Shown: positions 30,250 to 39,681 of the stretch, in pieces
How the letters are laid out: every line of letters starts with the position of its first letter
How positions within the stretch are numbered: position 1 is the first letter of the stretch
NCBI GenBank assembly: GCA_902761355.1
Contig: CACWJY010000010.1
Coordinates: forward strand, 21,207 to 85,206
DNA length: 64,000 nt
Source of the DNA: Fibrobacter succinogenes
GTDB lineage: Bacteria > Fibrobacterota > Fibrobacteria > Fibrobacterales > Fibrobacteraceae
Direction of reading: 5' to 3'
Notes under the pieces: generated by a model
The model's input: only the letters and a program-made list of their open reading frames with translations
Told to the model about the DNA's origin: nothing
The model's database searches: none
Translations under genes and position numbers: made by a program

Positions 30250-30372
30250 TTACTCTTCCGACTTGTCTTCGAGCTTGTCGTCGGCAGAAGAATACTTAAT
30301 AAGGCAATACACGCCAAAAGCCGAAATGATGCATGCGGCGGCAATTGCGACATACTTGATAATCTTACCCAT
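30250..30372 (-). CDS. Unannotated 40-aa single-TM small protein
   Basis: MGKIIKYVAIAAACIISAFGVYCLIKYSSADDKLEDKSEE*; AGGAG SD, upstream TATATT and a downstream hairpin at ~30201-30228. Confidence 0.75.
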   Translation of the reverse strand: MGKIIKYVAIAAACIISAFGVYCLIKYSSADDKLEDKSEE

Positions 30373-30460
30373 GATATTCTCCTATAAAAAGCGCTTTATC
30401 CTAATATACACAAAATTTTGCAAAATGCGCAATGAAAAATGCGTAATTTTTGCAAAAATA

Positions 30461-30488
30461 TAGCCCCATAACCAACGTTTAGGGGCTA
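30461..30488 (-). terminator. Hairpin after surface protein gene 1
   Basis: tagcccc...ggggcta stem just past the stop at 30495. Confidence 0.55.
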
Positions 30489-30494
30489 CAAGAG

Positions 30495-33400
30495 TTATTT
30501 AAGAGTCACACTCTGGCTTATTCCATTCACGCGAACAATGTAATTGCCAGGCGTCTGCAGGGTAATGTTCGTCGTTGTTCCAGCAAGCGACTTCATAGCA
30601 ACCAAGTGACCCAGGCTATCGAAGATGCGGACATTTCCGCCCTGCGTATTGGAGAGCGCAATCGTCATTCCATTCACCGCAAGATTGAAAGTCTTTTGCG
30701 GAGTTGCCATCACCACCGTCGTATGTTCTTCGGAGGAACTACTTTCCTGCTCCGCGGAACTCGAAGAAGATTGCTCAGAAGACGAGGACTTCGCCGAAGA
30801 GGACGAACTCTTTTCTGATGATGAAGACTTGGCTTCGCTCGATGAAGATTCCTGCTTTGCAGAAGAACTACTTGAAACAACGCTAGACGAGCTCTGTTTT
30901 TCAGAAGAACTCGAAGGCGGAGCCACAGAACTAGAAGATTCATCCTTTGAAGAACTAGACGACTGCGAAGCCGAGGATTCTCCCGAGGATGAAGAACTCG
31001 AAGTCGGTTCAAACATGGCAAAATATGCAGCATTCCCGGAAACCGGAACAATTTCGGGAGTCCACCCCACAAACATTGCGTTTTCCCTCTTGGGCGCATT
31101 GGCTATATATTTGGGAACTTCCCCATACACAAGGCTTTCGCTTTGCAGAACTTTTTCGTCATCATAAAAGTTCACTGTATAATACAGGACATCGTATCTC
31201 GCAACAAGAACCATCCCCGGTTTAATTGTCACACCAGACAATTTCGTATCGCCATTAAACCAACCCAAAAAGGTTCGACCAGCTCTACTCGAAGTCGGCA
31301 ACGGGCTTGCATTGAGCGAGGACGAATTAAGTACGTATTTCGCGATAGTATCTCCATCGATGATAAACGGAACAATATTCAGCGCAGAATCCTTCTTTAC
31401 ATAGGAGGCATACAAATAGGCATCGCCATATATCAGAGATTGCGGAGAAAGCGCCAGCTTTTCAGTCTCATCCACCCAAAAACCAAATTGGTACGAGGGA
31501 TCAGATTCACTCGGATCAGGGCCTTCCGGAATATCCTTTATATGCCTTGTGTTGTCCGTAAAGCTTTTTCCTATGGAATAGGTTTGCGTCCTTATAATTT
31601 GTGAATCGTCCCAAAATCCTATCCTGTAAATAGGAGCGTTAAAATTATCGGCAATAACAGGGTAACCACTATCCCTGTAGCTCCACATTTCTGAATTCTT
31701 ATATTTTCCATAGCAAGTATTCAGATTCCAGGCAAATTCATCGCTTTGCATCTCAGTAGAAGTACGAGCAAACACACTGGTATCGCTATCTAAGCCAAGC
31801 CTGGACTTATCAATATACGAGCAACTATCTTCGAAAATTCCCAAAACCATTTTCCCGTTTATCATAATTGTATCGGCAACGCTGAAATTTCCGGCTCGTT
31901 TGGTTAGCCCCTTATATATGGGATAAAGCACGGATTTATCTTTTGTCGCACCCAGAATCAAATTGCCCTTGTTCATACAGCCCTTCACCGTTTCTACAAA
32001 CAAAGCAATACCCGCAACCCGACCACTCAATGTATCTTCTGCATTTACTTCTATACGGCCCTTATTAACGCAATACGTGACGGTCTCCACTTTTTCTGCA
32101 ACACCGGCAATGAACCCACCGTAGATTTTGGCAATATGTATATCGCCGTAGTTCGCACATCGGATTACATCTGTGTTGGGACTTTCGCTCACAATCCCAC
32201 CCAAGACAACATTTGCATCATTATCATCACCACTAAGATTAATATTTCCGTAATTTGCAGAATTAACTACGGAATCAATCCCGTTTCCATAACCCAAAAT
32301 ACCACCAACATAGATATAGTTTACGTTCTGATTTTCAATATTTCCATAGTTTTCTACGCCGTCAATAAAAAGCCAACTGTACTTATTATGACCAACAATG
32401 CCCCCCATTTGATATGCTTTTCGTGAACCATAAATATTCCCCTTATTAACAACATTCGTAATCAAATTACGGTCAAGATCAGACAATTGATAATCATCGT
32501 AACTGCTATAGAGAGTCCCGACAATGCCTCCCAGCACATACCCCGTTGTATCCAGCAAAGAACCTATATTTCCTTCGTTGATAGAATTCCTTATTTTAAA
32601 ACTGGATGTTACCCAACCTTTTTCACCAGTATAAGACTCGAACGAGCGGAACCATCCAAAGAAACCTCCCGCATACATGCCAGAAATATCAGATTTATTT
32701 ACAAAATCTTCAACAGTCCATTCGCCCATGCCAATCGCTGCAACACCGCCATTCCTTGTAGAATCCTTGAAATTTTTAGACACCGTAAAAAGGGCCTCGT
32801 TTACACTTGCCCTAATCGAAACGATGCCGACAGTATCCGAATAACCGACAAAACCGCCATTGTGTTTACCCGCCAATTCGCCTTTGTTTTTTGAATTATA
32901 GATATCCAGCAATTTCTCCGCACGTCCAACAAAGCCTCCACTATAAAGCACTCCCGCAACGACACCTTTATTTTCTGTATAGCCAATATCAACAAAACCG
33001 GCACTTCCACCAATAATGCCTCCTGCATACGACGACGTCTTAATCAAGCCATTGTTCACAGACTTAGAAATTCGGACATTCGCTCCACTTGCAACATAAC
33101 CGATAATTCCACCCGAATATCCCGCACGACCAGAAGGAGGATAAATCTCGCCATTATTTACACAATTATTGATAACAGACACCTGAGTCGAATCCCCGAC
33201 AATTCTACCCACAATACCGCCATTTCCAAAATGCTGAATCCAGCCTTCATTTCGCGAGTCAAGAATCGTCGTCGCAGAGGCGACCCCCACTATGCCACCT
33301 GAATAGCCATATCCAGAAACACCACCAAAATTGCGGCAATCCCTGATAACGGCACCATGACCCACATCTAGTTCCTTTTTGGCAAGTCTTCTTTTGGACC

Positions 33401-33992
33401 ACCCCACAATGCCTCCCGCAAGCGAGTCTATCACAAAGCCGTGGAATTCGCAATTTACAATAGAGTCTCCATTAAATTCTCCCACTACGCCACCAGACCT
33501 GGTCGCTCCCTTTCGGCGTCCACGAATATACGCGTTTTCGACAGTCAAATTCTTGACCACGCCACCTTGGCTTACGACACCAAAAAGGCCTCCCGCATAA
33601 TACAGAGAATCCACAAAAAGTCCCGAAATCTTGTAACCATTTCCGTCAAAAATCCCCATGAATCCGACAGAATCACCTGTCACATTTCCTATCGGTACCC
33701 ATGTCGTAGCGTTAGTCGTTACAGAATCCTCCGTTAATACAATGTCATTGGCAAGGATTGCATTGCTATTCGTGTTCCCTCTGTTGACCAAAGACGCAAA
33801 CCAAGCCAAATTTTCGGGAGTCTTGATTTTATAGAAAGTCTTCCCCTCAATATCGACGCTATCGGTTGGTATTTTTATTCCGCCATTCCAGTCAGCGTAG
33901 AGCGATGTCGGCAAAAGTATAGCTACAGCCGCAAGAAACACTTTCAAAGCCGAAAAACGGCTTGAACGGGAGGGGCTGGTTTGGACGGTCAT
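30495..33992 (-). CDS. Secreted GLUG-motif/beta-helix-like protein with InlB-B-repeat-like domains, Ser-rich linker and T9SS-like C-terminal domain (paralog 1)
   Basis: Signal peptide, FDGNGYKISGL, many GGIVG/N.G.I repeats, F.GW repeats, SSS linker and C-terminal IFDSLGHLV..GNYIVRV. Confidence 0.85.
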   Translation of the reverse strand: MTVQTSPSRSSRFSALKVFLAAVAILLPTSLYADWNGGIKIPTDSVDIEGKTFYKIKTPENLAWFASLVNRGNTNSNAILANDIVLTEDSVTTNATTWVPIGNVTGDSVGFMGIFDGNGYKISGLFVDSLYYAGGLFGVVSQGGVVKNLTVENAYIRGRRKGATRSGGVVGEFNGDSIVNCEFHGFVIDSLAGGIVGWSKRRLAKKELDVGHGAVIRDCRNFGGVSGYGYSGGIVGVASATTILDSRNEGWIQHFGNGGIVGRIVGDSTQVSVINNCVNNGEIYPPSGRAGYSGGIIGYVASGANVRISKSVNNGLIKTSSYAGGIIGGSAGFVDIGYTENKGVVAGVLYSGGFVGRAEKLLDIYNSKNKGELAGKHNGGFVGYSDTVGIVSIRASVNEALFTVSKNFKDSTRNGGVAAIGMGEWTVEDFVNKSDISGMYAGGFFGWFRSFESYTGEKGWVTSSFKIRNSINEGNIGSLLDTTGYVLGGIVGTLYSSYDDYQLSDLDRNLITNVVNKGNIYGSRKAYQMGGIVGHNKYSWLFIDGVENYGNIENQNVNYIYVGGILGYGNGIDSVVNSANYGNINLSGDDNDANVVLGGIVSESPNTDVIRCANYGDIHIAKIYGGFIAGVAEKVETVTYCVNKGRIEVNAEDTLSGRVAGIALFVETVKGCMNKGNLILGATKDKSVLYPIYKGLTKRAGNFSVADTIMINGKMVLGIFEDSCSYIDKSRLGLDSDTSVFARTSTEMQSDEFAWNLNTCYGKYKNSEMWSYRDSGYPVIADNFNAPIYRIGFWDDSQIIRTQTYSIGKSFTDNTRHIKDIPEGPDPSESDPSYQFGFWVDETEKLALSPQSLIYGDAYLYASYVKKDSALNIVPFIIDGDTIAKYVLNSSSLNASPLPTSSRAGRTFLGWFNGDTKLSGVTIKPGMVLVARYDVLYYTVNFYDDEKVLQSESLVYGEVPKYIANAPKRENAMFVGWTPEIVPVSGNAAYFAMFEPTSSSSSSGESSASQSSSSSKDESSSSVAPPSSSSEKQSSSSVVSSSSSAKQESSSSEAKSSSSEKSSSSSAKSSSSEQSSSSSAEQESSSSEEHTTVVMATPQKTFNLAVNGMTIALSNTQGGNVRIFDSLGHLVAMKSLAGTTTNITLQTPGNYIVRVNGISQSVTLK
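30618..30852. repeat. 235-bp repeat, copy 1
   Basis: Aligns without gaps to 35334-35568 with 6 mismatches by manual count. Confidence 0.92.
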
Positions 33993-34071
33993 AAACGGCT
34001 CCTTATTAAGGGGATTTTCCCTAATATAGATTATTTTGTCTATTTTGTAAAAAAAACTATACATTATTTGC

Positions 34072-34196
34072 GTGAAACATTTTATTCAAAGCCCTTACAT
34101 TTTGTTTCACACTATTGCATAAACAGCGCGAATTTTCACATCCTCATTCACTTATGTGAAACATTTATGCCAAAATTCACTCAATTCGTTTCACAC
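34072..34196. promoter_or_regulatory. Two tandem GTGAAACA-N23-YGTTTCAC sites
   Basis: Units at 34072-34110 and 34156-34194 with the same geometry, between divergent genes. Confidence 0.55.
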
Positions 34197-34224
34197 ATTA
34201 AAAAAAAAGATTATCTTTACAGTC

Positions 34225-35157
34225 ATGGAACACCAAGCCCTGATAGCAGACCTACTCAACAAAAAGAACATCCTCATCAAAGACCTGAACAGTCTCGTTT
34301 GGGGCAGCATCGAGGTTCGGGAACGCGATGGAAAGTCCTACATCTACATCCATAAGCGAGACGGCGGCATTTCCAGGACGCAGTTTATCGGCGACTACTC
34401 GGAAGCGCAGTTCAACCAGATAACGAAGAACAACATCGAGGCCCGCAGCCTAAAACGGAAAATCCGCGAACTTGCCAAGGAGCTAAAAAAGCTAGGGTAC
34501 GAGGAGGGCGAACTTTCCGAAGCCGTCAAAAAAAACATCGACCTCGCCAAGCGGAACATGGTGGATTCCATCTACAAGCAGGCTAGGCTCGAAGGCATGG
34601 CAGTCACGTTCCTGGACACCGAGACCGTTGTCGAGGGCGGGCAGATAAGTAATCTCTCCGTAAGCGACGTGCAAAAAATCAACAACCTGAAACACGCATG
34701 GCAGTTCATCCTTGACGAAGGCGTGGTAACCGCCCCCTCGGACTACAACATCCTTTGCTACATCAACAAACTTGTAGAAGAAGGCTTCTATTACACGGCG
34801 GGCGCCCTGAGGGACGTGCCCGTGAGCATCGGCGGAACCGCATGGAAGCCCGAGATTCCTATCGAGGGCGTGGTAAGAAACGATCTGCAAGAAATTCTCG
34901 CCATCGAAGACGTGTACGAGAGGGCCATAAAGGCGCAGCTGTACATTTCAAGAGGCCAGCTTTTTATCGACGGGAACAAGAGGACCGCAACACTCTTCGC
35001 GAACCACATCCTGATTTCCAACGGTTGCGGCATCATCGTTGTGCCAGAGGAACTGGTGCCCGAGTACAAGAAATTGCTGATTGCCTTTTACGAGACAAAC
35101 GACAACACGGATGTATTCAAATTCCTTTTCGACAACTGCCTGTTGAAGCTCAGATAA
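34225..35157 (+). CDS. Fic/DOC family protein with N-terminal extension
   Basis: QLFIDGNKRTA Fic-like motif, ARLEG and GALRDVPVSIGG. Start placed at MEHQ (34225). Confidence 0.88.
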   Translation: MEHQALIADLLNKKNILIKDLNSLVWGSIEVRERDGKSYIYIHKRDGGISRTQFIGDYSEAQFNQITKNNIEARSLKRKIRELAKELKKLGYEEGELSEAVKKNIDLAKRNMVDSIYKQARLEGMAVTFLDTETVVEGGQISNLSVSDVQKINNLKHAWQFILDEGVVTAPSDYNILCYINKLVEEGFYYTAGALRDVPVSIGGTAWKPEIPIEGVVRNDLQEILAIEDVYERAIKAQLYISRGQLFIDGNKRTATLFANHILISNGCGIIVVPEELVPEYKKLLIAFYETNDNTDVFKFLFDNCLLKLR

Positions 35158-35207
35158 AGCGAGTCAACCCGAACGTTCCTTCCCCACATCTAAAGAATCA
35201 TTCACCC

Positions 35208-38200
35208 CTATTTAAGTGTTACCACGTCGCTTGATCCGTTCACCCGGACAATGTAGCTGCCGGGAGTTTGCATAGTAATTGCAGTTATCCCCGTTGCCGA
35301 GAGCGGTTTTGAAACAACCAAATGGCCGAGCGCATCGAAGATGCGGACATTTCCGCCCTGCGTATTGGAGAGCGCAATCGTCATTCCATTCACCGCAAGA
35401 TTGAAAGCCTTTTGCGGGGTTGCCATCACCACCGTCGTATGCTCCTCGGAGGAACTACTTTCCTGCTCCGCGGAACTCGAAGAAGATTGCTCAGAAGACG
35501 AGGACTTCTCCGAAGAAGACGAACTCTTTTCTGATGATGAAGACTTGGCTTCGCTCGATGAAGATTCCGCAGAAGACGAGCTGAAACCTATAGGCTTGCA
35601 AGAGAACCAGTATTCAGCATCCTTTGTTACAGCAGCCACAGTCGGAATCCAACCACCAAATTCATAGCCATCAAGATCACAAGCAGGAATTTCTCCTCTA
35701 TATTCAGGCATTTTTCCATACGCAACGGAATCCGACTGTAGCGTTTTCATACCGCTAACAAATGACACCTTATACATTATCGGCTTATACTTGGCCGTCA
35801 AAACCGTTATTGTTCCTGGAGCAACCTTATCTCCAGCTACTCCAACCTGCTGACTACCATTATACCACCCAACAAAGACATGCCCTTCTTTAGCAGGAGC
35901 TTCCGGCAACGTCACCGTTACCGTATTATCACTGACTACATAACTAGTAATGACATTTCCACTTTCATCTACAAAGGATAACGTGCCTGCCGATGAATTC
36001 TTAGGAATATACATAGCATAAAGGCTATCATCCGCATTAATAATCGATTTCGCAGTCACCGCATAATCTTCAAGCCCCCAGTACCCAAACTTCAAGTCTT
36101 CATCGCCGTCAGTCGGATCAGGAGCATCCGGCATCTTAATGATGTTGCCCTTATAATTTGTAAAGCTGGAATCTATTTTATAAGTATAAATGCTCAACAC
36201 CTTTGAAGAATCCAGGAAGGTCACCTTATAAATCGCATGATTGCTTTCATCTGCAAAGACTGGATAATTCTTGCCGCTCTGGCTCCACAAGCCTAAATTA
36301 GGCCGTTCCCCGTTGCATGAATTCAACATCCATGCAAATTTTTCGGTCTGCATTTCTGCTGTAGTCATTGCAAAATCAGGCAACGTATCCCCTTCTGCAG
36401 GCATCAAATTTTTGTCATAGAAAACGCAACTTCGACCACTGAACATTCCATTTCCAGGAACCAGAATTCCATTAACTGCAACAGAATCTGTTATAGAAAG
36501 GGTTCCCGACTCAATACCACGAATATCACCCGTATAGGAATAAGCAGACCACGCCCCAGAATTCCAGTGATCATTGACAATATACTTACTATTTGAATTC
36601 ATCAAAACACGACCCTTATTTATATTCGCCCCTAATCGTGGGCGATCAGAATAGGAACCATGGCGCCCCACATGAATGCCAGCGGCATTAGCACTATACG
36701 TCTTTTCACCCATATTCAAATAAACCCGTCCCTCATTTTCACAATAACGAACCAAATTCTCAGCAAAACCCACAACGCCCCCAGCATACGCCCGAATGGT
36801 TTCTTTTCCTAGCGTTTGTCCCTCAAAATTCACATCAGCATGATTTTTACAATATTCTACAGAATCAGCATACCCAGCAACCCCTGCAGCAACAACCTGA
36901 GACATACTATAATTTGAGCTATCAGAATGAACCGATACACCCCCTTCATTTATTGAATAAAATACATTTCCTGCATAGCCAGCAACTCCGCCAACAAAAT
37001 AAGATTGGTCAGACATTCCCTTTAGGTCTGCACTCACTTTCCCATAATTTATACAATCCTGTATATATGCTCTTTCCGCATATCCAGCAATACCGCCAAC
37101 CCCAAAACCATTAAAACCGTATGTATAAACACCTGATATATTTGCGAAATTTTTTGAGTTTTTCACATAGGTATTCGGAATTATTTTATCATCATCAATG
37201 CTACCGACAATTCCACCCATAGCACCACTCCCAGAAATGGAGCCCTCGTTCGTACAGTTTTCTATCACGATATAAGCATCATATCCCACTCTACCGTTAT
37301 TAGAGGATCCACGACCAAAACCTAAAATTCCACCAGACGTGCCGTTATACGAAGTTGCATATAGCGAATCCGCATTCACACATTTCGAAATAAGCAGAGT
37401 ATCCCCCTGAAAAGAATAGACTATTCCTGCAGCACTATTTCCACGCAAAACAGCATTGTTCCTTGCGTTACTAATGTCTATAAAAGACCACTTAGCACCA
37501 GAACCTCCAATAATTCCTCCCGATGCAGAGTTATTCATGTACCCCCTGTTAACAACATCCCTAATAACAGCATGAGATTCATATAAGCCCCCAATAAAGC
37601 CTCCACAAGTACCTCCGTTTTCTATTTTACCCTCGTTGACCGCTGTAAAAATATTCACATGACCATTGCTGAAACCCATAAAGCCGCCCATACTATTTTT
37701 CTTGGAACCATAGAGATTTCCCTTATTGACACATTCCTCAAACTGGGTCGTCGATATCGGTTTCGATTCGCCAACAAAGCCGCCAATGGCTGACGAGGAC
37801 TGCTTCGCTCCATAGATAATGTTTGCCACATTCGTATCATTAAAAAAGAACGCCTTGTTTTCAACATACCCCACAAATCCACCTACGGCCCCCGTATTTG
37901 TAGCACTGTCTAAAGCGCAATCACCTACAGTTCTGTAAAAATGAACAGAGCCTTTTACGCTACCCACAAAGCCACCAGCATAGTATTTGGAACCAATCTT
38001 GGCATTCGAACGAGAATGAACAATAAAGTTGCGTCCCGTCAACTGTCCCGCAAGGCCTCCTGCTAAACTATCGGCAAGAACAGTCCCTGAAACCTGAACA
38101 TCTATAATAGAATCTCCGCCAAAAGAAGCTGCCAAAATACCAGCAATTCCATTATCACCTTGAGCCAAAGCATTGTCCAGTTTTAGATTCTTGACAACAG

Positions 38201-38567
38201 CCCCTTCTCCAATAAAACCAAAAAGACCGGCGTATTTACCTTGACTATAGAACCCCGACACTTTGTAACCGGCGCCATCGAAAACACCATTAAATGTCGT
38301 TGAGTCCGTTCCAATTGGAATCCATTTGATTGTTTCTGAAGAAACCTTACTAGAAGTAATCGCAACATCATTTTTCAGAATTGCATTATAGTTAGGATTT
38401 CCCTTGTTAACTTGGGTCGCGAGCCACGCCAAATTTTCTGCTGACTCAATTTCATAGAATGTCTTACCCTCTTTTTCGATGGTCGAAGGCTTTTTTACGC
38501 CACCGGTCCAATCGGCAAAAGCCAGGGGGCATACGAATAAAAGGGCTGCAATCAGTTTTTTGAGCAT
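35208..38567 (-). CDS. Secreted GLUG-motif/beta-helix-like protein (paralog 2)
   Basis: Same architecture as 30495-33992: ADWTGG..EGKTFYEI..ENLAW, FDGAGYKVSG, SSS linker and T9SS-like C-terminal domain. Confidence 0.87.
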   Translation of the reverse strand: MLKKLIAALLFVCPLAFADWTGGVKKPSTIEKEGKTFYEIESAENLAWLATQVNKGNPNYNAILKNDVAITSSKVSSETIKWIPIGTDSTTFNGVFDGAGYKVSGFYSQGKYAGLFGFIGEGAVVKNLKLDNALAQGDNGIAGILAASFGGDSIIDVQVSGTVLADSLAGGLAGQLTGRNFIVHSRSNAKIGSKYYAGGFVGSVKGSVHFYRTVGDCALDSATNTGAVGGFVGYVENKAFFFNDTNVANIIYGAKQSSSAIGGFVGESKPISTTQFEECVNKGNLYGSKKNSMGGFMGFSNGHVNIFTAVNEGKIENGGTCGGFIGGLYESHAVIRDVVNRGYMNNSASGGIIGGSGAKWSFIDISNARNNAVLRGNSAAGIVYSFQGDTLLISKCVNADSLYATSYNGTSGGILGFGRGSSNNGRVGYDAYIVIENCTNEGSISGSGAMGGIVGSIDDDKIIPNTYVKNSKNFANISGVYTYGFNGFGVGGIAGYAERAYIQDCINYGKVSADLKGMSDQSYFVGGVAGYAGNVFYSINEGGVSVHSDSSNYSMSQVVAAGVAGYADSVEYCKNHADVNFEGQTLGKETIRAYAGGVVGFAENLVRYCENEGRVYLNMGEKTYSANAAGIHVGRHGSYSDRPRLGANINKGRVLMNSNSKYIVNDHWNSGAWSAYSYTGDIRGIESGTLSITDSVAVNGILVPGNGMFSGRSCVFYDKNLMPAEGDTLPDFAMTTAEMQTEKFAWMLNSCNGERPNLGLWSQSGKNYPVFADESNHAIYKVTFLDSSKVLSIYTYKIDSSFTNYKGNIIKMPDAPDPTDGDEDLKFGYWGLEDYAVTAKSIINADDSLYAMYIPKNSSAGTLSFVDESGNVITSYVVSDNTVTVTLPEAPAKEGHVFVGWYNGSQQVGVAGDKVAPGTITVLTAKYKPIMYKVSFVSGMKTLQSDSVAYGKMPEYRGEIPACDLDGYEFGGWIPTVAAVTKDAEYWFSCKPIGFSSSSAESSSSEAKSSSSEKSSSSSEKSSSSEQSSSSSAEQESSSSEEHTTVVMATPQKAFNLAVNGMTIALSNTQGGNVRIFDALGHLVVSKPLSATGITAITMQTPGSYIVRVNGSSDVVTLK
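35334..35568. repeat. 235-bp repeat, copy 2
   Basis: Near-identical to 30618-30852. Confidence 0.92.
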
Positions 38568-38678
38568 AGAGTCCTCGTTGTGCTATCGGAGTAAATATAG
38601 CTTAAAACGGTCAAAAGGTAAAGAAAAAAAAACAAATACGTAAGAAGTGTGATAAAGAGCATATTTTCAGCTACAATA

Positions 38679-39626
38679 TCACTTCTTTTTCAGAATCATG
38701 CAGATAACGGGCAGTTTCTTGTCGACTTCGTTTTCGCTCGGGATGATTTCGCTGGAAACGACTTCGCAGTTGAATTCTTTGACAAAGAATTCAAGCTGAC
38801 TGCGGTCAAAGCCAAGCCAAATATGACCATGCGTAGTGCGGAAGGATTCCTCCTTGTGCTGCGCCAAGTCAAGCAAGGCAAGCGTTCCGCCGCGTTTGAG
38901 GATACGAACCGCTTCCTTAAGGGCGAGGCGCGGATCCTTGGCGTGGTGAAGAACCTGGCTCATAAGCACGAGGTCGGCGAAATTATCGGGCAAGCCCGTA
39001 TTGACCATGTCGGCCACCTTAGGTGACACATTCTGGATATTCTTTTGCTTTAAAATTTTCTGCAGCCCCGAAACCACCTTAGGGTCACAATCGAGCGCCG
39101 TCACACGCTTGCAACAGTTGCAAAGCATAAGTGTGAGGTCACCGCCCTCACCGCAGCCTACGTCAACTGCATTTTCGAACGGGTACATCAGGTGGCCGAA
39201 CAGGCTGATTTGCGCCTTAAGGCTACCGCCAGCCTGATCCAACTTATGAATTTGCCCCTTGGTCTCGTCCGTGCGATCTTCGAGCACCTGAGCGGCTCTG
39301 CACTTAAGAATATCCTTGTCCGGGAGTTCCTCGTAGGCTTCGCGAATCATCGAAATCATACGGTTACTCATGTACAAGTCTTCGCTCAGGCGGTAATAGG
39401 CCTTGATGCCGTCGCGGCGGTCCTTAAGCAAGTTACATGCCGAAAGCTTAGCCAAATGACGGCTGGCATTACTCTGGTGGATGTCAAGAATTTCCTTGAT
39501 TTCGTTGACGGTGAATTCCGCCTGATCCAAAAGCAACAAGATTTTGAGGCGCATTTCGTCGGAAATGGCTCCGAAAAGGTCCATGCTGGGTACAATCGGT
39601 TCGCGAGTATTTAAAGAATCAGCCAC
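38679..39626 (-). CDS. ArsR-family regulator fused to SAM-binding methyltransferase domain (SahR-like)
   Basis: SDEMRLKIL..QSNASRHLAKL HTH, then VDVGCGEG, QVLHH and HIWLGF. Confidence 0.87.
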   Translation of the reverse strand: MADSLNTREPIVPSMDLFGAISDEMRLKILLLLDQAEFTVNEIKEILDIHQSNASRHLAKLSACNLLKDRRDGIKAYYRLSEDLYMSNRMISMIREAYEELPDKDILKCRAAQVLEDRTDETKGQIHKLDQAGGSLKAQISLFGHLMYPFENAVDVGCGEGGDLTLMLCNCCKRVTALDCDPKVVSGLQKILKQKNIQNVSPKVADMVNTGLPDNFADLVLMSQVLHHAKDPRLALKEAVRILKRGGTLALLDLAQHKEESFRTTHGHIWLGFDRSQLEFFVKEFNCEVVSSEIIPSENEVDKKLPVICMILKKK

Positions 39627-39681
39627 AAATGCTCCATTCAGTTTCTTTTAAGCAATATAATTTTTTTAGCTTAGGAGCTGT

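Noticed and set aside
34072-34196. CRISPR mini-array or true parS
   Set aside because: There are only two degenerate units and no cas genes. The half-sites are reversed and separated by 23 bp, unlike parS.
30618-35568. Diversity-generating retroelement TR/VR pair
   Set aside because: The mismatches are not confined to adenines of one copy, both copies are coding, and there is no reverse transcriptase in the window.
30495-38567. Prophage or integrative element
   Set aside because: No integrase, transposase, phage gene or tRNA attachment site is visible.
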